From the NCBI GenBank assembly GCA_964016885.1, contig OZ024753.1:10292001-10356000 (forward strand): a DNA stretch of 64,000 nucleotides. The letters run 5' to 3'. This DNA is from Eledone cirrhosa (lineage: Eukaryota). The position numbers were made by a program, and so were the translations under genes. This document shows, one piece after another, positions 54,061 through 64,000 of the stretch; positions within the stretch are counted from its first letter, which is position 1; each line of letters begins with the position of its first letter. A model generated the notes under the pieces. That model was given only the letters and a program-made list of their open reading frames with translations, was not told the DNA's origin and did no database searches.

Positions 54061-54481
54061 AAGCCAGTCTTCCGACCATTCCCGCATTAAATGGAACAAA
54101 ACGGTCTAACATTTGCTAGTGTGGAAGATGGACGTTAAACGATGATGATGATGATGATGATGATATATGACATCATCAAGGAATGGAAAGCAGGAATATC
54201 TGGAATATCACCAGAAACATATGAAGATGACTGATATTCAGGTTGTAACAACAGTGTCTTAGGACTCCATCGGGTGTTTTGGGTCAAACAATCCAAATAT
54301 AGAAATAAGCTACCTTCAGAAAAAGACACTATTTTAATAAATTAAACTGTACCTGAGGAGATAAACTGGGGTTAAACAAAAGCAAAAGCAACAAAAGAAA
54401 TTATAATCCAATGGCGGTGCCCCAGTCTGGCCTCAGTCTATCGACTGGAACACGTAATGAAAGGGTCGAAAGTGTAAAATT

Positions 54482-54995
54482 ACACACACACACACATGTA
54501 CACCAGGTCCGAACACAGAGGAACCAACCACCCACTGTCATCGCCTCCGTCTCTCTTGCTCTCCCCATCTCTCATTATTATGAGTGGTACAAGGGCGGTG
54601 GATTGGCAGTATCAGTAGAGGGTCGGACGCCATGCTTTGCAGCAAAGAGTTACGTCCCTTTATGGTCTGAGTTCAAATCCCGCCGAGGTTAACTTTGCCT
54701 TTCATCCTTACGGGGTCGATGAAATAAAGTACCAGTAATGCACTGGGATAATTGCTGGCCTTGTGCCAAAAGTAGAAATAATTATTATGAGCAAATGGGG
54801 TCCCATGCTCTGGCCGTCCCACGGGCTCGGCGGACAGAATAGTGACGGTGTTTCCGCGAAGGATGGTAAGGGAGATATACTGGAAGAGCCAGTCCAGCTC
54901 GCGACGCTTACGCCTGCGGCTAGCCAGCTCTGCGCCTATGGTGGTGAGTAGCGAGGTGGACCTAGGGCCAAGGACACCAGAAGTCTCCACTACTA
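54482..54995 (-). pseudogene. CRE-like retrotransposon 3' end (RLE C-terminus, 3' UTR with one 78-bp unit, (TG)n tail) interrupted by a full SINE-A (54585-54780, plus)
   Basis: ETSGVLGP..LLTTIGAELASR..WLFQYISLTILRGN; SINE TSD ATTATTATGAG at 54574-54584 and 54781-54791. Confidence 0.8.
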
Positions 54996-55551
54996 AACGT
55001 AATACAATTGAGGCATGGAATAATTCTTAAAGGCCAAAAGAATTCCGTAATTGCAGGTGTTCCAACATTGATAGAGTTTCATATAAAAGAAAAATAATAT
55101 TTTTGGTGGTTTTTTTTTATTTTTTTTTACTTCCTTTAAAAGAGAGAGGGTCGAGGACTTAACAAATGTAAAATTAATTGCATCAACCAGCGATCTAAAT
55201 AACGAGATATAAAACTAAATGCAACAAGATAACCTGTGTTCATGTGATTAAAATTTAATCATGAGTGGTAACGGCTTTTTATAGATATAATTAGATTTCG
55301 TTTGCCGTTTGTAATGGCCGCAGTAGGGGGGGATTAAAATTAGTGTAACCTACACTGCTATTAGAAAATAAAAAAAAAAATATATATATACTCACATACA
55401 TATTTACTCATTTATATATATATATATATACTCACACATATTTACTCATTTATATATATATGTGTGTGTATCTTTAATACATATAAATATCTAATATATA
55501 TCTAATATGGCTTATATATACACAATATCGGTGCATATATGTGTGTGTTTA

Positions 55552-55623
<72 letters not shown>

Positions 55624-55701
55624 CTCTCTCTCATATATATATATGAGGTTTTTTTACAAAATGAAAAAAACGAGGTGTCCTACACGAGTTAAAGTACAAA
55701 G

Positions 55702-55846
55702 AAAAAAGATGAAATCGAAAATGCAACTGGAGTCTTTTTTTTTTTTAATATATATTTATTTGGTTCCTCTGCCGGTAAAGGAACCAAATAAATATATATT
55801 TAAAAAAAAAAGACTCCAGTTGCATTTTCGATTTCATCTTTTTTCC
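55702..55846. repeat. Hairpin inverted repeat (~66-bp arms, 10-nt loop)
   Basis: AAAAAAGATGAAATCG...TTGGTTCCT-CTGCCGGTAA-AGGAACCAA...CGATTTCATCTTTTTT. Confidence 0.85.
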
Positions 55847-56113
55847 TTTTATATATATATATATATATGTAGAAGTTCTATTTAAATTGTTGGGATACAA
55901 CAAGCAAATATTTTTATAACTGATATAAAGCACTCAACAAATAATTGGAGTAAAATACAATATATTAACAAATGGAAACTATATTTATAAAACCATATTT
56001 ATTTCATTATACATATTTCAAGGACACATATTATACATATATCAAGCTTCCAACAGTAATGTTGCATTATTTAAGCGTATGTCAATATTTATTTATAAAA
56101 CTGCTCTATATTA

Positions 56114-56178
56114 TATTTTATCTGATGAAAGCACACCATAATTTAACTTGGTGTCCTTGAAATATGTATAATGAAATA
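56114..56178 (+). ncRNA. Minimal type-I hammerhead motif (family H1) with an inverted partial copy at 55880-56027
   Basis: TATTTTAT-CTGATGA-AAGCACACCA..TGGTGTCCTT-GAAA-TATGTA-TA-ATGAAATA. Confidence 0.75.
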
Positions 56179-56184
56179 AATATG

Positions 56185-56243
<59 letters not shown>

Positions 56244-57180
56244 GTTTCTACTTTTGGCACAAGGTCAGCAATTACTCAGTACATTACTGGTACTTTATTT
56301 TATCGACCCCGTAAGGATGAAAGGCAAAGTTAACCTCGGCGGGAAAAATCGAATGAAATCAACTTTGTTATTTTTATTTTTATCTCTGTCGTGTTGTGTG
56401 GAGCGATGTACACCTGGCCATTTACAGCCCAGGTATATAGTTAGGGTGGACAATTATCATCGAACAGTTTATTCAACACCAAACTCCACTGCCAGGATAT
56501 TACTCTGCGTTGTCTCCGCCATACTTTCCTTTTGCTGACGCCATATACAATTAGTTGTCTGCTGATATGCTTTAAAACAGGCATGTCAAACATGCGGGCC
56601 AGATGCAGCCCTTTACAAGCACACCTGCGGTCCGCGCAAAGGTTTTTATCGCCCGCGTAACATTGAAAGGCAAAGCTAACTTCGGCGGGATTTGAACTCA
56701 GAATATAAAGGACCTTAGGTATATTCTACAAAAAATGTAGCCCGTCGCTCTAGCGATTACTACCACTCCCCCACCATATTTCCCTTGCTGCTATGAAATA
56801 ATAAATCGATAATATAATGTCTTTTCTTCCCTTTACTAAAGTAAAACGGATAGATCAATCAAAAGGCTGCCCCAAAAATCAGAATTTAATAAAACTATTA
56901 AACATATTTAAAAAAAGTAAATTTCATACTGTTGAATCATCACATCTTAGATATCACATCTTAGATATCACATCTTAGATATCACATCTTAGATATCACA
57001 ATTGATGAAATGGAGACAACAATTTTATTACTCTGTAATTTGTAAGTTTGGATCAATACTACTCAACACGAGCCGTAGTTAATGAGGCTAACTTTACGTA
57101 GTCGCTCGGTTTACTAGACATAACAGCTAAATATTCTTCAAACTATCATACATTAGGATAGATAAAAAAAAAGGATAAAG

Positions 57181-57463
57181 ATCCCATAATTCCTTGTGGA
57201 GTGGTAGAGGCACCCTCAAACGGCGTGTCTAGGGCTCTTTAAAACCTGACAGAGCCCAACCATTTCCAGGTCTGAGCACAACCGATTTTTTTTTCTGTAG
57301 AGGAAGAATTGACCCCAGTACTGAACTGGTACTTTTTTTATCGACCTCGAAAGGATGAAAGGCAAAGCTGACCACGACGGGATTTGAACTCAGAGCACGC
57401 AATGGGGTGGGACGAATACCGTAAAGCATTCTACGCCTTAACCACTCTGCCAATTCGCCGCCT
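57181..57463 (-). mobile_element. SINE family C
   Basis: Homologue of 52470-52745. Confidence 0.8.
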
Positions 57464-57669
57464 TATCCTACATTACCGACACGAAAAAAGGAAGTAATAC
57501 TTAGAATTATCTCGGTTTTAATATATACTATCTGCCACAGAACATCAGTTATAGATAATAGCCTGCTGATTTTAAGATTGTTTATAAAGTAAAATCTATC
57601 ATTAATTCCAAACTGAACTCAAGTAAACCTATTTAAGACTATTCAACAAAAATTCGTAATATAATCGGC

Positions 57670-57855
57670 TCGTCTCCCCACAGCCCCGGCGGACGGAATG
57701 GAGAAGGTGTTTCCCCGGAGGATGGTAAGGGAGACGCGCTGGAAGAGCCATTCCATCTCGTGAGGTGCACACCTGCGGCTGGCCAGCTCAGTACCTATGG
57801 TGGTGAGTCGGGAGGTAGCCTTAGGGCCGAGGACACCAGAAGTCTCCACTGCCAG
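57670..57855 (-). pseudogene. CRE-like RLE C-terminal fragment
   Basis: LAVETSGVLGPKATSRLTTIGTELASRR..WLFQRVSLTILRGN. Confidence 0.75.
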
Positions 57856-58465
57856 TCTTTTAATAATTGGTTGACTTGATCAGAGATGAGTTAAGCAAGA
57901 AAAACACAAGAATTTCGTGGTCTTTGGGGACATATATATTTAGTGAGAAGATGGAAATTTAAGGTTTGGTTTTACTAGTCATTTTTATTTTATTTTTTTA
58001 TTTTTATGTTTTTTTTTTTTTTTTAGTTTGAAATATCAGAGAGATAAATTACATTATATTTTCATTAACACGAAAAAACAAAACAAAAGTAAAAAATAAA
58101 AACCAAAGAAATAATGACCCCCCCCCCCCCCCGCGCCACTCTCCAAACACCATAAAAGCTTATTAATTGGAAATCGAATAAAATCATAAAACACACACAC
58201 AGACACACACACACAGACACACACTCACACACACATACACTGACACACACTGATACACATACTCACACATACTTGCACACACACATACACTCACACACAC
58301 TCACACTGACACACTGACACACACACACAAACACACACACACAAACACACAGACACACACTCACACAGACACACACTGACACACACACACTGACACACAC
58401 TCACACGTACTCACACACATACACTGACACACACTCACACTGACACACACACACACACACACACG

Positions 58466-58496
<31 letters not shown>

Positions 58497-59499
58497 TTAC
58501 GCACGCGCGCGAGAAATGAAATTATTTTATCGATTCGTATTCGAATTTCAAATATTGAATTTTCATTTAGTTTTCCTGTTTCATTTTACATTAATCTTTT
58601 ATAACGATTTTATTTATATTTCCATAATCTAAAACAGGGGGATCCCCTCCACCCTTTCCTCCCCACCCCTTCCCTCTCCATCCCTTTACTCAGCACTCGT
58701 TTTCTCTCCATCCCTTTTCTCTCCACCACCTTCCTCAGCACCCCCTTCCTCTCCACCCCCTTCCTCAGCACCCTTTTCTCTCCACCCCCTTCCTCAGCAC
58801 CCCTTTTCTCTCCACCCCCTTCCTCAGCACCCCCTTCCTCTCCACCCTTTCCTCTCCACTCCTTTCTTTAGCCCCCCCCCCCCATTTAATCGAATGGCGT
58901 TTTATAAACGATCTTTCATCGGCTTTTTTGAGGAAAAACAAACAACAAAAATGCAAATTATTTTAATCAATCCGAAACTAATTTGACTCAGTAATTAGTT
59001 TTCCATATCGACAAAGATGGAGATTTGGTGCGGAGTTAAAATTAAACTAAAATTTGGGGGGAATGTAAAGAAATAAAACTATTAATAATAATAAAGAGGA
59101 TTTCTTGAATTACCAAAATTTATAAGTTTCGTTTTATCGCGGATTTTTTAACCACTTCCTTAGCAATTTATTTTATACATAAACTTGGAATTGTTCACAG
59201 CTACCCTCCCAGGCTTTGTATTTGAAATGGCATTTCCCCCCTTCCATAGATTTTAAGACATTTCATTAAAAGAAATATATGAATATATCTTTACATTTGT
59301 AACGACCCCAAACGGATGAAATTCTAAGTTTACCTGGGCGGGATTTGAACTCGGAGCGCAGATTTGGAAAAGATATAGTAAAGTATTCTACCCAACGTGC
59401 TCACGAGTCAGTTTAGCGCATGCATGCGTGTATGTATGTATGTATGTATGTATGTATGTATGTATGTATGTATGTATGTATGTATTAAATAATCAGGCT

Positions 59500-59870
59500 G
59501 CATAACCGATCGCGCGGTTAAACCACTGGGAGTGAAGGACCCCCAGCTCTTGTCAAGGCATTCTTCTAGGTCCTAGGTCCATTACATACATACATACATA
59601 CATACACGAAGGCTGTCCCCTCGTTATCGAGTATGGCCATTGCAGTATATACCATTATTCATAATTATTAATTAATTCTATCGTGCAATGCCTGTGCATG
59701 AAGATTTTTTTTAAAGTGAGGAAAGACTGTACACTGAGCCAATCCCACTCTTTGAGCGACAGTAGCTATAACCCGAAAAGAAGAAAAGATCAACATCATC
59801 GGTAACTACTGAGTCACAGGTTTCATGTCGGAGTATCCCAGTTTCCTGAGTTGCTTTCTCCTAGAATTTA
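59500..59870. mobile_element. Rearranged relative of the bipartite RTE-derived element
   Basis: Plus 59545-59570 GACCCCCAGCTCTTGTCAAGGCA..TTCTAGG and minus 59606-59868 (GATGATGTTGA..AGAGTGGGA..GCACAGGCATTGC..TGGCCATACTCGA) align with 12105-12505. Confidence 0.6.
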
Positions 59871-59904
59871 CCGATGATGACAAAGAATTTACCGATGATG
59901 ACAA

Positions 59905-60836
59905 AGAAACCAAGGAAAATTCCCCAATAGCGGGTAGACTTCCGAGGGTCACTCGTGGAGAAAACCCATTAGAAAGGCCACGGTGACCCTGACCACGAGG
60001 GCAAGTGCCCTCTCCCAGTTTTCCACCTCCAATCTACAGGTGCATACTCAGAGCAGGCCCATTCACTCGGGCCATGCTTGCCCCTCTCACCCATCTTTCA
60101 ACAAGTTGCTGAGAAGAGAGCACTTCTCTCTTCACCCTGATTTTCCTTTTCAAATGAAATTTGAAAAAATTAATCATGGCATCACCGAAGAGGTAAGTGC
60201 TCGTCTTCAGCCCTTTCAAACGCGTCCACCACACGACCTCTTTCGCCAGGGCCACCAGGCAGATAAAAAGTGCCTGCTCTTCCCGGCTAATAATAATAAT
60301 AATTGTTTCTACTTTATGCACAAGGCCATCAAATACTTTATTTTATCGACCCCGTAAGGATGAAAGGCAAAGTTAACCTCGGCGGGATTTGAACTTAGAC
60401 TGTAAAGGGACGTAACTATGCTAGAAAGCATGGTGTCTGACGCTCTACCGATTCTGCCAATCTAATAATAATAATGATTTCATTTATTAGCCACAAGGGC
60501 CGACATGTAGGGGACAATACAAAGACAGGGACAGTGGGGGTTTACAATAAGGTCGAGTAAAAGTGCACAATGGCAAGACTGAAGATATAAAAAATATAAA
60601 ATAAACTATGCATAAATATAACAAAATAAATTCCCCTATAGGGGGTGAAACTTGAAGAAGTTGATGAGGGATTGGCCGAAGAGAAAAGTGTCTGTCTTCA
60701 GTCCTTTTAATCTGGTCCACCATATAACCTATTTCGCAACGGCCACCAGAGAGAGGAAAATTGCCTGCTCTTCCTGATCTAAGGAAGGCGGCGGGTCGAT
60801 CTTCACTATGGACTCGGCCGATAGCCGGATCCGTTC
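59905..60836 (-). pseudogene. Two L1/Tx1-like LINE 3' fragments (59905-60286; 60464-60836 with (ATT)n tail) around a SINE-A (60301-60461)
   Basis: LVALAKEVVWWTRLKGLKT..INFFKFHLKRKIRVKREVLS..ERW resembles L1/Tx1 ORF2 C-termini; both share the 3' UTR motif CCC.CTAT.GGGGAATTT. Confidence 0.65.
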
Positions 60837-60869
<33 letters not shown>

Positions 60870-60872
<3 letters not shown>

Positions 60873-61275
60873 TCCGTTCCAATAGACAAGAATGTATCTA
60901 TAAAAACATTTGAAAAATTGAGCAAGTATAAGGACCTGGAGATAGAAATTGGAAAAATGTGGAAATTGAGAACTAAAACAATACCAGTGGTTGTAGGCGC
61001 TCTGGGAATGATACCTAAGGGGTCTAATGATTACTTATCGCAAATCCCAGGAAACCCGCGTATAGGAGAAATACAAAAGATAGTACTAATGGGAACTGCC
61101 CATATACTAAGGAAGATTCTGTCAATATAAGTACATCACAAGTCTAAACACTAAAGATGCATGTGTGAGTATGTATGTTCTTTCTTGAACATGGCGGACC
61201 TTGTTGTCTCTTGAGGTCACTGGTTGTGACTTGGTGATAACTCGTATGAACATAAAGCAAGATAAATGCAACTGT
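60870..61275 (+). pseudogene. 5'-truncated R4/Dong-like non-LTR retrotransposon (RLE C-terminus plus 3' UTR)
   Basis: SVPIDKNVSIKTFEKLSKYKDLEIEI.KMW...IPVVVGALG...IQKIVLMGTAHILRKIL*; (TAA)n on both sides. Confidence 0.85.
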
Positions 61276-62052
61276 AATAATAATAATAATAAATAGGTAA
61301 ATAAGTAAATAAATAAATATATAAATGTATAAACTATTGGGAAAGTGTTGGTGGGAGGGGTTATTAGGCGGCTTTTCTGAGCAGGTTCAAGCAACTGTCT
61401 CTGTAGAAAGGATCACTGGCTGGTTTGTTAATATGTTGGTTGCTATTAATGTTGGCAGTGAGTATAAGTTCTATTTGTGTTGAAGTGGGGTGTACGTGAA
61501 AAAAATGGATCCAAGCAGAGTTGTACTACTAATGTAAATAGATATACGATACTAGTGTACACTTGTACGTACCTACTACACCTACAATGAAGCTGCAATG
61601 GAGAACGAGTGTCTGTGTGTGTTGATGTGTGTGCATGTTGATGTGTGTGTGTTGATGTGTGTGTGTGTGTGTGTGTGTTGATGTGTCTGTGTGTTGATGT
61701 GTGTGTGTGTGTTTATGTTTTGACGAATGATATATAAGTATAGGAACACAAGAAATACATATTCACACACATTCATCCATCCACATATTCATACACACTC
61801 ACACACATACACACTCACACACATACACACTCACACACATACACACTCACACATACACACTCACACATACACACTCACACATACACACTCACACTCATAG
61901 ACACACACTCATACTCTCTCTCTATCTCTTAATTATTAATATTAAGGTAAACATACACAAGCATAAACATATACATATGTAAATATATGCACACATATCC
62001 GCACACGAATACACACACACACACACACACACACATATTTATATATGTGTGC

Positions 62053-62108
<56 letters not shown>

Positions 62109-62221
62109 TGAGATACAGATATACTGGCCTATGTATATAACACACACATGCATGTATACATACATGCATACATACATACATACATACATACATACATACA
62201 TACATACATACATACATACAT

Positions 62222-62293
<72 letters not shown>

Positions 62294-62359
62294 GAAGTAT
62301 TTCCGTAGCAAAGGTACAGGAAAAGAGAGTGCTCTATGTAGGGCTACAGAGCTTTTTAG

Positions 62360-62553
62360 TTATGTAATAAACAACATAAGATAATTATTTCATTTACCAG
62401 TGGTTTCTTGAAGACATATTTATATCTGTCTTCAGCCGTCAGAACGAATAAATAACATCTTAATTATTCGTTCTGACGGCTGAAGACAGATATATACCTG
62501 TCTTCAAGAAACCACTGGTAAATGAAATAATTATCTTATGTTGTTTATTACAT
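62360..62553. mobile_element. Fold-back element with a variant hammerhead (core CTGACGG) in the right arm
   Basis: ~90-bp arms; ATTATTCGTT-CTGACGG-CTGAAGACAG..CTGTCTTCAA-GAAA-CCACTGG-TA-AATGAAATAAT at 62463-62531. Confidence 0.6.
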
Positions 62554-62555
62554 AA

Positions 62556-62647
<92 letters not shown>

Positions 62648-62648
<1 letters not shown>

Positions 62649-62790
62649 GAAGGCGCGTGGCTGAGTGGTAAGAGAAGAATTGGATTCGCAATTATGAGGT
62701 TGTGAATTCGATTCCTGGACCGGGTGATGCGTTATGTCCTTGAGCAAGACACTTTATTTCACGTTGTTCCTTCTTCCTGGACTTAGTATT
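62648..62790 (+). mobile_element. SINE family B
   Basis: A box GTGGCTGAGTGG, B-box-like AATTCGATTCC, TGTCCTTGAGCAAGACACTT. Confidence 0.8.
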
Positions 62791-62866
62791 AACAATTGGA
62801 AAGACCAATGAAAACATTGTTTCCTCGGTCCGATTTGACAAGGTCTGGAATCTTATCGATCGACTG

Positions 62867-62921
<55 letters not shown>

Positions 62922-62957
62922 GTAAAACAAAGAAGCCTTCAATACATCAAAAGTCTT

Positions 62958-63006
62958 TATTAGCCAACAATGTTTCGTCCTATTAAGGACTCATCAGGGC
63001 AATTAA
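62958..63006 (-). ncRNA. Hammerhead ribozyme motif with canonical GTCC/GGAC stem II
   Basis: Minus strand TTGCC-CTGATGA-GTCC-TTAATA-GGAC-GAAA-CATTG-TT-GGCTAA; element 62917-63145 lies between (TA)n tracts. Confidence 0.75.
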
Positions 63007-63334
63007 AACAACAAGAAGTATTATCGGCCAATACAAGCCGTTTAATTACGGCTCTGTTTAATTACATTGAGCTATACCTTTTACTGTCATTTCTATAATA
63101 TGAAGAGGGTGTTTAACTCCAACACGCTCCAGTATTTTAACCCTTATATATATATATATATCGGCAGTCGATCGACAAGGGGAAAGTCGATTAAATCGAC
63201 CCCAGTAGGTTACTGGTAGTTTGTTTTATCGCCCACGTAAGGATGGACGGTAAAGCTAACCTCGGTGGGATTTGAACTCAGAATTTAAAGGTCCGCAGCT
63301 ATATGCCACAAAACATGTACTCCGACGTTCTATC

Positions 63335-63369
<35 letters not shown>

Positions 63370-63754
63370 CACTCTATCGACAAGATATATATATATATAT
63401 ATATATCGACACTCTATCGATAAGATATATATATATATATATAAATAATATTTTATATCCATCCTCTGACTGAAACCGTAACTTCAACAAACTAAGAATT
63501 AATCGGGTACAGTATTCAGTACGACCCCACCCTGCTTAAATCAATTTCCCAAATACAAGCTCCTTAAATCAATTTCTCCAATCCATGTTCCTGGCTTTCT
63601 TCTGTTATTTTCTTGTAGCACCATTTACTTCACCCCATCTTATCAGAGTCTTTACAACGTCGTATAGAAAGTTTTGCGGACAGTCCTGAATGTCTGTTTT
63701 GAATTTAAAATCTTCTAAGTCAACTTTACCTTTCATACATTTGAGTTCAATGAG

Positions 63755-64000
63755 AGATCTCTCCTAGGTTTAAAGGACCAAAAGACGCTACGTACCCTAC
63801 AACTCTGCCAGGGATGGGGGCTAGTGGTAAGGACCTCTGTTAGGTTTAAATAACCAAGGGACGTCCCGTCACTTACAAATCTGCCAGAGTGGGAGAGAAT
63901 CTCTGCTAGGTTTAAATGACCAAGGGACGCCACGTCACCTACAAATCTGCCAGAGTGGGAGAGGGTCTCTGCTAGGTTTAAATAACCAAGGGACATCCCG
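63755..64000. repeat. 66-bp minisatellite running off the window end
   Basis: TAGGTTTAAA at 63841, 63907 and 63973. Confidence 0.85.

Noticed and set aside
54585-54690. tRNA gene (A and B boxes)
   Set aside because: SINE head: no complete cloverleaf and always followed by the SINE core

Overview
AT-rich, repeat-saturated animal (eukaryotic) DNA, probably intronic or intergenic. The style of the (TA)n/(CA)n tracts and tRNA-SINEs suggests a coleoid cephalopod such as Octopus (inference). No intact protein-coding gene is supportable, and nearly all long ORFs in the track are translations of micro- or minisatellites. The window holds: about 25 tRNA-derived SINE copies in three families; remnants of RTE, CRE-like, L1/Tx1-like, R4/Dong-like and Penelope-like (PLE) retroelements; hAT, piggyBac and Helitron-type non-autonomous elements; a probable solo LTR; and seven minisatellite arrays, three visibly born inside transposons. 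The most striking signal, read by eye, is a swarm of minimal type-I hammerhead ribozyme (HHR) motifs (stem I-CTGATGA-stem II-GAAA-short stem III-TH-stem I). Seven have intact cores and several more are degenerate. They sit in short elements inserted in (TA)n, often folded back into long inverted repeats that break at the ribozyme. One six-copy palindromic family keeps only the GAAA/stem III/GTC half of a hammerhead, with its own reverse complement where the CTGANGA strand should be.
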